A stretch of 35,656 nt of DNA from Promethearchaeota archaeon. GTDB taxonomy: Archaea; Asgardarchaeota; Lokiarchaeia; Sigyniarchaeales; SOKP01. This document shows, piece after piece, positions 10,414-19,037 of the stretch (position 1 is its first letter; each line of letters starts with the position of its first letter). The notes beneath the pieces were generated by a model, which searched no databases, had not been told where the DNA came from, and was given only the letters and a program-made list of their open reading frames with translations. Location: the NCBI GenBank assembly GCA_016926735.1, contig JAFGOA010000106.1, positions 1-35,656 of the forward strand. Direction: 5' to 3'. The translations under genes were made by a program, and so were the position numbers.

Positions 10414-12027
10414 TTAATTATTTTTTTGTTTCATAATTTTATTTAGACCATTTAGAAGAGCTAATACCGAACTCATTACTATATCTTCATGAGTTGCACT
10501 TGTTTTAACAATTTGATTTGAATCAAGATCCATAAGTTCTATTGTTACATGGCCTAAAGCTTCAGTTCCACCAGTAACTGCATCAATATTATATTCAAGT
10601 AGTTTTACTTTACTCATAGGAGCAAAACATTTGACTATTGCTTTAATAGATGCATCAACAGAACCAACTCCTACTGAAGAAGCTGTTTTTCGAATAAATG
10701 AACCATTATTTTTAATTTTTAATCTTACTGTTGAGGTTGGCGTTACAGAACCAGTTAAAACAGTTAGTTCTTCAAGTATAACATATTGTTCTTGTTTAGG
10801 AATCTCACCCATTACATCTTTAACAATTGCGAGAAAATCTTCTTCTGATACTTCATGACCTTTATCTCCAAACCTTTTGACATGATCAAATATATTTTTA
10901 AATTGCTCCTCAGTTGGTTTTAATCCAAGATCCTCTAATTTTGCTTTAAGTGCATGACCTCCTGTATGTTTTCCAAGTTTAATAGATTGCTTTACAATTT
11001 CTTCAACATTATCCGTTCTTTTAATTCCAATTAATTCTGGTGTAATAGGTTCAAAAGATCTTGCATGTTGTATCATAGCATGGGCATGTATTCCTGATTC
11101 ATGAGCAAAAGCATTTTGCCCTATTAATGGTTGAAGTCGACCAATTTTAATCTTTCCACCACAATAACTCTCAACTAATTTTGCTGTAGGAAATATTAGT
11201 CTTGTATTGATATTCATTGGTAATCCATAAAGAGCATATAAAGACATAGCAGTTTCTTCAAAAGATGCATTTCCTGCACGTTCTCCTAGCCCCATTATTG
11301 CTGTTTGAGCTTCAGATGCACCATTTTCAAATCCTGCGATTGTATTTGCTACTGCTAATCCAAAATCATTATGACAATGGACAGCTATTCTAATGTTTTT
11401 CGGTAATGCTTCATAATTTTTTTTAATAATATGACCAAAAGCCGTAGGTGTTATTGTTCCTACTGTATCGGGAATATTAACTCTTGTAGCACCACATTCT
11501 ACTGCTAAAAGATTTGCTTTTAAAAGATAATCTAAATCTGTTCTTGTTGCATCCATCGCTGAAAATAAAACTGTACTGTAATGTTCTTTAGCATAAGTAA
11601 CTTGTTCTGTAATACTGTTAAGGACATCTTCTCTTGTGCATTTCATTTGTTCTTTTATATGTAAATCTGATGTTGAAATAAAAACATGTATACTATCCAT
11701 ATCTGCCTCTATAACTTTATCTATATCAATTTTCATCATTCGAGCCAGTCCTATTATCTCAGAATTTAATCCTAATTTTGCAATATCTTTACATGCAGCA
11801 AAATCACCATCTGATGTAATAGGAAATCCCGCTTCAATAATATCTATTCCTAAATTACTAAGTGCCTGTGCAATAGAAAGCTTCTCTTCATGAGTAAAAC
11901 TAATCCCTGGTGTTTGTTCACCATCTCTTAGCGTTGTATCAAAAAAATATGCTTTTTTAGGAAGACAAAGAGTATTTCTTATCTTATCCATCATTCCTGA
12001 GACACTTATTTCATCCATTTCCACCAT
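10414..12027 (-). CDS. leuA: 2-isopropylmalate synthase (archaeal LeuA/CimA family)
   Basis: FDTTLRDGEQTPG, IEAGFP, PDTVG, HCHNDFGLAVAN, GLGERAGNA, FAHESGIH, LGKHTG, and a C-terminal regulatory domain (GVGSVDA, AVTGGTEA). Motifs alone cannot exclude citramalate synthase; the Leu-rich leader favours LeuA. Confidence 0.85.
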   Translation of the reverse strand: MVEMDEISVSGMMDKIRNTLCLPKKAYFFDTTLRDGEQTPGISFTHEEKLSIAQALSNLGIDIIEAGFPITSDGDFAACKDIAKLGLNSEIIGLARMMKIDIDKVIEADMDSIHVFISTSDLHIKEQMKCTREDVLNSITEQVTYAKEHYSTVLFSAMDATRTDLDYLLKANLLAVECGATRVNIPDTVGTITPTAFGHIIKKNYEALPKNIRIAVHCHNDFGLAVANTIAGFENGASEAQTAIMGLGERAGNASFEETAMSLYALYGLPMNINTRLIFPTAKLVESYCGGKIKIGRLQPLIGQNAFAHESGIHAHAMIQHARSFEPITPELIGIKRTDNVEEIVKQSIKLGKHTGGHALKAKLEDLGLKPTEEQFKNIFDHVKRFGDKGHEVSEEDFLAIVKDVMGEIPKQEQYVILEELTVLTGSVTPTSTVRLKIKNNGSFIRKTASSVGVGSVDASIKAIVKCFAPMSKVKLLEYNIDAVTGGTEALGHVTIELMDLDSNQIVKTSATHEDIVMSSVLALLNGLNKIMKQKNN

Positions 12028-12066
12028 TTTTTTTAACCTATTGTAAATTGTTTATTTATTCAATAA

Positions 12067-12128
12067 CCTTTTAATACCTATAAGAAAAAATTTGTTTTCT
12101 TATAAGGCATTATAAGGCGCCTTATAAT
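12067..12128 (-). promoter_or_regulatory. Attenuator-like alternative RNA hairpins in the leuA leader
   Basis: Perfect 20-bp palindrome ATTATAAGGCGCCTTATAAT (12109..12128) overlaps the uORF stop. A competing long stem (12067..12117) pairs CCTTATAATGCCTTATAAGAAAA with TTTTCTTATAGGTATTAAAAGG around loop CAAATT. Both stems use the CCTTATAAT segment. Confidence 0.65.
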
Positions 12129-12220
12129 AATAAAAGTAAACTTAAAAGTAAGCTCAAGGATAAAACGTGCTCCAAATTGAATATACTATAACGATTTTTT
12201 ATATTTTGAAGCATCTTCAT
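12122..12220 (-). CDS. Putative leucine leader peptide (uORF, 32 aa) MKMLQNIKNRYSIFNLEHVLSLSLLLSLLLLL
   Basis: Translated by hand: ATG at 12220 preceded by AAGGAATAAAAAA, TAA ending at 12122. It has 12 Leu, 10 of them in the last 13 codons, and ends 94 nt upstream of the leuA ATG on the same strand. Confidence 0.7.
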   Translation of the reverse strand: MKMLQNIKNRYSIFNLEHVLSLSLLLSLLLLL

Positions 12221-12341
12221 TTTTTTATTCCTTAAGTTTTGATAAATTATATTAATTATATACTGAAATAAATTAAAATTTTACTGAAAAGAAAAAAATA
12301 AAATTTTTAGTAATTATTTTAGTACTATTTTAAATTCTTTC

Positions 12342-13532
12342 TTAAAGTCTACTTAATAAAATTTTTCTTATATTTTCAGTACCTAATTCAATTGGATTGT
12401 TTTTCATACTTGTTTTTTCAATTATTCTGTTAAGATCCTTTTCCTTAATACTATAATTCCTTAATCGGTTAATGTTTAATTTATTAGTCCAATTTTTTAA
12501 TTTATCTAATAAAGAATTAAGATTAGTCTCTAACTTATCGTTACTAATCTCAAGAGTAGAGTCTAGGAATAAAGACCCAACTTTTGCATATTTTTTCAAA
12601 TATTTTATTCCTTCTGATTTATTATGCTTCAATTTTTCTATATTCATTTTTGTTGCTTCGTATAAAAGCGTTCCACATACAACTCCATGAGGTATTTCAA
12701 AAAATCCTCCAATTGAGGATGCTAAACCATGTATTATACCTAATCCCGCATTTGCTAATGTTATTCCTGATATTAAAGACCCATATGCCATATATGTTCT
12801 CACATTGATATCACTGGCTCCATTAGTACACGCTAATAAAATATTATCTTTCATATATGTCATTCCATTAAATGCTAGAGCATCTGTAATTGGACTTGAT
12901 ATTGATGATACATATGATTCAAGTAATTGTGTAAAAGCATCCATACCACATGCAGCTGTTACCGAAGATGGACATGATAACATCAATTCTGGATCTATAA
13001 TTGCAATATTTGGTATAAAATTATCATGTCTCAATGATTTTTTAAATCCATTTGGCCCAGTTTCACTTATTACAGCATTTTTTGTTGTTTCACTACCCGT
13101 TCCTGATGTTGTAGGAATTGCGATATATGGAATTTTTCTACCATCATGTAATTTTGTACCTACTCCTTCAAGATAATTTCTTATTGAGTCTTCTTTTGTT
13201 AACATTGCTGAAATAGCCTTTCCTCCATCAATTACACTTCCTCCTCCAATTCCTACAATAAGGTTTAGTGATGATTTCTTAAACTCCACTACAATATTAT
13301 CAATAATCTCAGGAGTTGGTTCTTTTGAAATAGAAATATATGAATAATTTAATTGTTTTTTCTCAAGATTCTTTATAATTTCTCCTAATTTTCCTGATTT
13401 GATAAGAGAATTTTTACCAATAACTAATAATAGCCTATTTCCAAATTTTGGAATAATATTCCAAAGATTTCGAAGTGTACCTGCTCCAAATTCTATATAT
13501 GGTGTACTTACAAATTTAAATCCTTTAATCAT
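12342..13532 (-). CDS. Iron-containing alcohol dehydrogenase
   Basis: IEFGAG, EPT, GIGGGSVIDGGKA, AIPTTSGTGSE, IIDPEL, GMDAFTQLLESY, NAGLGIIHGLA, IPHGVVC, NNP. SD-like GTGA upstream. Confidence 0.93.
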   Translation of the reverse strand: MIKGFKFVSTPYIEFGAGTLRNLWNIIPKFGNRLLLVIGKNSLIKSGKLGEIIKNLEKKQLNYSYISISKEPTPEIIDNIVVEFKKSSLNLIVGIGGGSVIDGGKAISAMLTKEDSIRNYLEGVGTKLHDGRKIPYIAIPTTSGTGSETTKNAVISETGPNGFKKSLRHDNFIPNIAIIDPELMLSCPSSVTAACGMDAFTQLLESYVSSISSPITDALAFNGMTYMKDNILLACTNGASDINVRTYMAYGSLISGITLANAGLGIIHGLASSIGGFFEIPHGVVCGTLLYEATKMNIEKLKHNKSEGIKYLKKYAKVGSLFLDSTLEISNDKLETNLNSLLDKLKNWTNKLNINRLRNYSIKEKDLNRIIEKTSMKNNPIELGTENIRKILLSRL

Positions 13533-13727
13533 AAAATCACTTTGAAAGTATTAGTGAGAATAAAGATTAATATATTTTGAATTTTTATCTATATAATCTA
13601 TATCGAGCTGATTCAAATATCATTATTTTAATATTATAAATAAAATTTTTTCTGAGTAGGTAAAATCTATATTAGTTATGAATCTTCAAAAATAAAAATT
13701 CTGATAAAATATTTAATTGAGTATAAC

Positions 13728-14369
13728 ATGAAAAAATATGTAAGCATTCCATACTTTGATGGAAAAATCTTATTAGGTGAAGATATTGTAGCTTTTGATA
13801 AGCTAGATGGCAATAATATGCGATTTGAATGGTCTAGAAAAAAAGGATGGTATATATTTGGTACAAGGAATATGATTATTACTGAGGCCCATAAAGAATT
13901 CGGGACTGCAATCTCGTTATTTAAATTAAAATATGCTAAAGAATTAATATATATTTTTAAAAACAATCCTAAATATAACAAATATAAAAAAGCGATAGTC
14001 TTTTGTGAATATGTGGGACCAAGGTCTTTTGCAGGAAAACATCATCCAGATGATGAACTAGATTTGATATTATTTGATGTTAATCCAATAGGAAAGGGAA
14101 TTATTCCTCCAAAAAGATTTATAAAAGATTTTGGTCATCTTGGAATCCCTCGTGTTATTTTTGAAGGAACATTATCATTAAAATTCGTAAATTCTGTAAA
14201 AAAGAATAAATATAACCTTAATGAAGGAGTTGTGTGTAAGACTATAAAAAAAATAGATGGAAATAGAATTTCAATGACTAAGATTAAAACAGATGAATGG
14301 ATTGAAAAATTAAGACAGAATTTTGGAGATCAATATGTTAAAGATGAATTAGCTGGGAAAAACATGTAA
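13728..14369 (+). CDS. ATP-dependent RNA-ligase-type nucleotidyltransferase, single domain
   Basis: Motif I FDKLDGNN (KxDG), GTR, motif III VFCEYVG, motif IIIa LILFDV, motif IV EGVVCK, motif V MTKIKT. No OB or other C-terminal domain. Confidence 0.75.
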   Translation: MKKYVSIPYFDGKILLGEDIVAFDKLDGNNMRFEWSRKKGWYIFGTRNMIITEAHKEFGTAISLFKLKYAKELIYIFKNNPKYNKYKKAIVFCEYVGPRSFAGKHHPDDELDLILFDVNPIGKGIIPPKRFIKDFGHLGIPRVIFEGTLSLKFVNSVKKNKYNLNEGVVCKTIKKIDGNRISMTKIKTDEWIEKLRQNFGDQYVKDELAGKNM

Positions 14370-14422
14370 AAAATTAATAATTCATATTTTTTATCAAATA
14401 TTTTTAATTCTAATGTGAAGTT

Positions 14423-15205
14423 TTAGTCTTTATCTTTTTGACCACCAATTAAACACCAAAGATGATATTTAATAAAGAGATCTACATTTACATAACCTAT
14501 TTCATTCAACCAATTTATTTGCTCTGTAAATGTTTCGTGTATATCATCTCCCTTAGTCTTTGGTACGTTAATATTATCCAGATTTCGTACTTTCCAATTA
14601 TCAAGTTGCATTTTCAATGAATGATAATATTCTTTTTTATCGTTTGAGATTTTTTCTTTAATCTCTTCTCCATGTTTATACCATCTTTTCAGACTATTGA
14701 CATATGCCTCATAATTGAGAGTTTTCATTTCATCTATATTGAAAAACCACCCTAATGGTTCTAATAGGTTATAGCAATTTTTATACAGAGCTATCTTCTC
14801 ATTTGATTCCAAATGATGAATGGCTGACATTGATGTGATTATATGTATTTTTTTGTTAATTTTAGACATCCAATCCCCCTCAAGGAAAGTCTTTATGAAC
14901 TCTATTCTAGTGCTTAATTTTTCTAATCTTTTCTTAGCAACTTTTAAAAAATCATCAGAATAATCTATCCAATAACCTGATGCGTTTGGATAACAAGATA
15001 AAATCTTTTCTAAAAGAATTCCACTTCCCGCTCCTAAATCTATTATATTAATCTGATCATCTTTCTTAAATGGGAAAAGTTTGATTAATTCATCATGAAG
15101 AAAATTATAATTAGGTACAAGATATTCAACTAATTTATCATAAACATCTGCCATCTTAAAGAATCGATCTTTATTTTGATCAAAATTATTATTTTTACTA
15201 TTCAT
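14423..15205 (-). CDS. Class I SAM-dependent methyltransferase (CmoA-like N-terminus)
   Basis: YDKLVEYLVPNY, IIDLGAGSG, IDYS, SMSAIHHL, LEPLGWFFNID. GAGGT SD upstream. Confidence 0.88.
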   Translation of the reverse strand: MNSKNNNFDQNKDRFFKMADVYDKLVEYLVPNYNFLHDELIKLFPFKKDDQINIIDLGAGSGILLEKILSCYPNASGYWIDYSDDFLKVAKKRLEKLSTRIEFIKTFLEGDWMSKINKKIHIITSMSAIHHLESNEKIALYKNCYNLLEPLGWFFNIDEMKTLNYEAYVNSLKRWYKHGEEIKEKISNDKKEYYHSLKMQLDNWKVRNLDNINVPKTKGDDIHETFTEQINWLNEIGYVNVDLFIKYHLWCLIGGQKDKD

Positions 15206-15247
15206 TTCGACCTCATGTTAAAAAGACAATTTCTTTCTATATTTTAA

Positions 15248-17050
15248 TTATTTTTTATATAATTTTTTTAAAAGTTCTTTTACTTCTTGAACAGCTGAAT
15301 TTTGTCCTAATTTTTCTAATACCTTTGAACTATCCATGAAATGATTATATGCATCATCATTATCTCCTTTTTCCATATAACATTTTCCAATATTAGCCAA
15401 CTGCATACCCATTCCTTGCAAATGTCCAAAAGACTGATTTATCGTATATGCTCCTTTAAATTGATCTAATGCTTTGTCTAATTCCCTTTTTTTAAAATAT
15501 ATCTGCCCAAGATTACTGGTAATTGTTGCTTTTAAAGTTGATTTATGCCAATCAATAATACCTCGTGAATGATTTTTATCAACCTTTTTGTTTTGAGTTA
15601 TAACCCTAGCTCTCATTGAAGGTTGAAACTTAGGATTATAATCTTTTTTTAATTCTATCATTTCAAGCTTTTCAAGAGCATTTTTAAAAGAAATTTCAGC
15701 ACTATCAAGATTTCCATTCATCATATGTACTGTTCCAATATTATTATATATTACAACAAGATCTTCATAATTTTCATCCATAGTATTACAATTTTTACTT
15801 ATATTTACATTATTTAAAGCTAATTGGAAATAATCAAGTGCTTTTTGTGTCTTATTTTGTTTAAAATAAGATAAACCTAATAAATTATAGAATTGAAAGG
15901 AATATTTTATTTTATTAGATTTTTTTATTAATTCAATTCCTTTTAAAATACAATATTCTAAATATTGAAATTTAGATAAATTATAATAAATCTGCCCAGC
16001 ACATCTATATTTTAGAATATCTGAAAAATTATTGTAATAAGTTTTTATCCAATCTGAAAATTGAGTTATATTTGATTTTTTTGAAATAAAATCATAGATG
16101 TCATTTAATTTATAGCTAAGAATACTATTCCATAAATATTCTTTAACAAAATTAGCTGTGTGTGTTTTAATATAAAAGATTTCACAATCAGTATTGTTCA
16201 AAAATTCTACTAATACAAAAGGTATATGTTTCAATTTCTCTTTTCTTTTTGTAGCTCCTCCGATATATTCTTCGATTACTAACTTTCTCTTATGTGTATG
16301 TTCAATCCAAATGATTCTATTAATATCTTTCATTTCTGATATCATTGGACCCAAATCAAAATCATCTCCACCTGAATACCCAAGTATCATAAGAGTACGA
16401 TTTTTAATTAGATTATCAATTACTATTTTTTTATAAGATTCAATTGCAAATATCTTACCTTCTTGTTTATTCCTTCCTAAAGAACTGATAGTAGTTATTA
16501 ATGATTCTCTTGTATCAACATTATCAATAAAATTCTTTTTTGAACCATGAATTTTCCAAAGAGGGTATAAATCTTTTAAGAATAATTCTTCTGGATTTTG
16601 ATATTTTGTAAAATCCTCATATGTTATTATTGGTTTTATTTTTGAGATCTTTTCATTATCTATAATTTTAACAAGAGCTTTTTCAATCATAGGGTCAAAA
16701 TTTGTAGTTAGTACATAATTACCTTGCAAGATTGAATATGCCAAAAAATAATGAATTAAATTTGGGTATGAATTTATCTCAAAATAATCTAAAAATTTTA
16801 AATCTTTATCAAAAATATCTTCGATATATTCAATTATAATTTCATATCTAAGCTTATCAAGAGCCTTTAATTTCAAAATTTTCTTTCTTTCATCTTTTGG
16901 AATAATATATTTTAGTAAAATTTCCACAATATTGCGAGCTGAAGGAAAATTAGTAGGAAAATCCATTGATATTCCAGCGCCAACTAAGTAAGTTAAATTT
17001 TCTTTTTGATTAATTAATTTCGTGCAAAATGATTTCAAATCTATTTGCAT
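15248..17050 (-). CDS. SIR2-like (SIR2_2) domain plus C-terminal TPR repeats
   Basis: YLVGAGISM..P, LTTNFD, WKIHGS, ILGYSGGDDFD. TPR helices YNLLGLSYF..A, YNNIGTVH, SNLGQIYF..ALDQF, LANIGKCY. AAGTGATCC SD upstream. Confidence 0.85.
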   Translation of the reverse strand: MQIDLKSFCTKLINQKENLTYLVGAGISMDFPTNFPSARNIVEILLKYIIPKDERKKILKLKALDKLRYEIIIEYIEDIFDKDLKFLDYFEINSYPNLIHYFLAYSILQGNYVLTTNFDPMIEKALVKIIDNEKISKIKPIITYEDFTKYQNPEELFLKDLYPLWKIHGSKKNFIDNVDTRESLITTISSLGRNKQEGKIFAIESYKKIVIDNLIKNRTLMILGYSGGDDFDLGPMISEMKDINRIIWIEHTHKRKLVIEEYIGGATKRKEKLKHIPFVLVEFLNNTDCEIFYIKTHTANFVKEYLWNSILSYKLNDIYDFISKKSNITQFSDWIKTYYNNFSDILKYRCAGQIYYNLSKFQYLEYCILKGIELIKKSNKIKYSFQFYNLLGLSYFKQNKTQKALDYFQLALNNVNISKNCNTMDENYEDLVVIYNNIGTVHMMNGNLDSAEISFKNALEKLEMIELKKDYNPKFQPSMRARVITQNKKVDKNHSRGIIDWHKSTLKATITSNLGQIYFKKRELDKALDQFKGAYTINQSFGHLQGMGMQLANIGKCYMEKGDNDDAYNHFMDSSKVLEKLGQNSAVQEVKELLKKLYKK

Positions 17051-17242
17051 TTAGAAGGATCACTTTAAAGAATTATATATATTAATTGTGTATCATTCAT
17101 CATAGCAAATATATTTTGTTTAAAAAAAAGAGTAGTGAATAAACGTTTTTTATACATTGAATAAATAAATTAAATATTATATTTCAAAATAAGAGTGAAT
17201 ATTAATATAAAATATTAAAATTAGAAAAAAGAAAAAGAAGTC

Positions 17243-18088
17243 TTATATATTTTTCTTTTGTCTTAATAACCACAAATACAAGCTCCAAACTAAAATGCTT
17301 ATTTTTATGAATAAAAAAAAAGTACCAATTGATGCATTTGGATCTCCTTTTACAAACTCAGCTATACCCATGAATAAAACTGCTGAGATATAATAGGAGC
17401 CAAAACTCATAAAAATTAATACAGTATTATAGCAAGTTTTTGGTCTAGTAATTAACAAGTATGCGGAATAAAACATAATAGGTATTGACCATACTAAATC
17501 AAAACTTCTAATTGTCCAATATCCATTTGGTGCATCTTTATACATACCAGGATAATTTATTACATCTCCTGTAATTAGTACTTCTATAACCTCAGAAATC
17601 CAAAGAAAACCAAAAACTATTCCAAGAATTAATATTATTAATGCAATTATCTTTGATTTTTTGGGATCAAGAGAAGATATTGTTTCTTTTTTAATCTCCT
17701 TTATTCCCATAATTGTATTTAAATATCCTGTTATAACCAAAAAAATAAATATAAAAAAACAAAATTCATTATTGCCTGAATATAATGCATATTCTGCACC
17801 AAGAATGTATGATAAATAAGTATATACTTGATATGTTCCTGTTCCAACCAGAAAATATTTTGGAAACTTCTTTTTATAAATAAAACCAATTCCACTTATA
17901 AGAATCAATGGAGCAATTCCAATTAAAGTCCATAAATCTTGTCCCATTACTTGAAATTTATTGCTATCTGATGTTCGATAAATAATTACATTCAGGAACA
18001 TAGGTCCTAAGATGCTTACAATTATAATTAAAAATCCTGTTAAAAAAAGTTGTATTAAAAATAACTTCATTTCCCATTTTTTGAGCAT
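17243..18088 (-). CDS. Multi-pass membrane protein (about 8 TM), function unknown
   Basis: About eight hydrophobic segments, with conserved-looking GQDLWTL and YTYLSY motifs. Confidence 0.75.
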   Translation of the reverse strand: MLKKWEMKLFLIQLFLTGFLIIIVSILGPMFLNVIIYRTSDSNKFQVMGQDLWTLIGIAPLILISGIGFIYKKKFPKYFLVGTGTYQVYTYLSYILGAEYALYSGNNEFCFFIFIFLVITGYLNTIMGIKEIKKETISSLDPKKSKIIALIILILGIVFGFLWISEVIEVLITGDVINYPGMYKDAPNGYWTIRSFDLVWSIPIMFYSAYLLITRPKTCYNTVLIFMSFGSYYISAVLFMGIAEFVKGDPNASIGTFFLFIKISILVWSLYLWLLRQKKNI

Positions 18089-18147
18089 ATTTTCTCTATT
18101 ACCTTAATAAATTTAATAATTTATGTATAACTAATTCTAAAAATGAG

Positions 18148-18162
18148 ATATAAAACCTTTTC
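18148..18162 (-). promoter_or_regulatory. Putative BRE-TATA promoter of the 17243..18088 gene
   Basis: Minus strand reads GAAAAGGTTTTATAT, a purine-rich BRE followed by a TTTTATAT box, about 60 nt upstream of the ATG at 18088. Confidence 0.45.
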
Positions 18163-18170
18163 AAGCCTTC

Positions 18171-18227
18171 TCAAAATAATTTAGATTTTTCAAAATAATT
18201 TAGATTATTCAAAATAATGATAATAAT
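18171..18227. repeat. Three tandem 19-bp direct repeats (putative operator)
   Basis: TCAAAATAATTTAGATTTT / TCAAAATAATTTAGATTAT / TCAAAATAATGATAATAAT, with no spacers, directly upstream of the putative BRE-TATA. Confidence 0.7.
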
Positions 18228-18266
18228 TCTTATTATCTTTCTATTGAAGGATATTAAGAAAAAAAG

Positions 18267-18986
18267 CTACATAAATATCTTTCCCTTATTCCAAAAATAA
18301 TCCCAGAGTGATTTTAGAAAATTAATACCTTTTTTATCAAAAATATAAAATGCTTCATTGTAATCTGGAGATTTTTCTCCCACCTTAGAAAAAGCTAAAG
18401 CTCCATTCCCTAAATTAGTAATTAAAATCAAAATAGGAATATTAGATAATACCCTAACTCGATATTGAATATTCTCTGTATCTATTTCCCCTTTTAATTC
18501 TAGCATATGAGGGGGAACAATGAAATTAATCTTTTTAACATTCATATCTATTGGATAAGGATTATCAATCATCATCCAAATTTCTTCTAAAGGAATATTA
18601 AATATCTCTTTTGCTTTATACATAACTTTTCCTATACCTAATATACATTCTGCTTTTTCTAAAGCATTAATACTTTTCATTAAAATCGGAGGAATGTAGT
18701 CTAAACTATGATTTTGAAAATAATTTTTATTTTTAAATATAAATAGAATAGGTTCAAATACAGTTATTACTAACTTTCCAAATGAAGAAATTTCATATTC
18801 TCTACCTGAAGTAATATCTTTTTGAATTAAAGCTACTTCTGCTAATTTTGTTAAATGACGTGAAATTTCTGATTTTGAAATTGTATTGATTAATTCAGAA
18901 ATTTTAGTCATAGATAATTTCTTTTCATTCAATAAGAGTAGAATTTTAATCCTAATAAAATTTGAAAAAGTAGAAATGAGATCCAT
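18267..18986 (-). CDS. ArsR-like winged-HTH transcriptional regulator with a C-terminal putative sensor domain
   Basis: FSNFIRIKILLLL..SMTKISE..SKSEISRHLTKL..LIQK..YEISSFG, and C-terminal LWDYFWNKG. The start is probably the ATG at 18986 (MDLIS) rather than 19028. Confidence 0.8.
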   Translation of the reverse strand: MDLISTFSNFIRIKILLLLNEKKLSMTKISELINTISKSEISRHLTKLAEVALIQKDITSGREYEISSFGKLVITVFEPILFIFKNKNYFQNHSLDYIPPILMKSINALEKAECILGIGKVMYKAKEIFNIPLEEIWMMIDNPYPIDMNVKKINFIVPPHMLELKGEIDTENIQYRVRVLSNIPILILITNLGNGALAFSKVGEKSPDYNEAFYIFDKKGINFLKSLWDYFWNKGKIFM

Positions 18987-19037
18987 ATAATAAATATAGA
19001 TATCAAATTTAAAAAATTTGCATCTCATAAGTGCTAT

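Noticed and set aside
12122-12220. Reading the Leu-rich uORF as an independent small membrane or secreted peptide
   Set aside because: The hydrophobic run is only about 14 residues, ends at the stop, and is almost purely Leu/Ser, whereas TM segments in this window are Ile/Phe-rich. The position before leuA and the overlapping hairpins fit a leader better. Not fully excluded.
10631-13176. Plus-strand ORFs 10631, 11636, 12472, 12584 and 12805
   Set aside because: Antisense to leuA and the Fe-ADH; composition typical of reverse-frame shadows.
13676-13981. 101-aa minus-strand ORF
   Set aside because: Overlaps the RNA-ligase-like gene, which has the full motif set.
18171-18227. Possible mini-CRISPR array
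   Set aside because: Units are 19 bp and contiguous with no unique spacers, and no cas genes are present.
18987-19028. 14-codon N-terminal extension of the wHTH regulator
   Set aside because: It looks like AT-rich promoter sequence, and the HTH pattern begins right after the ATG at 18986.
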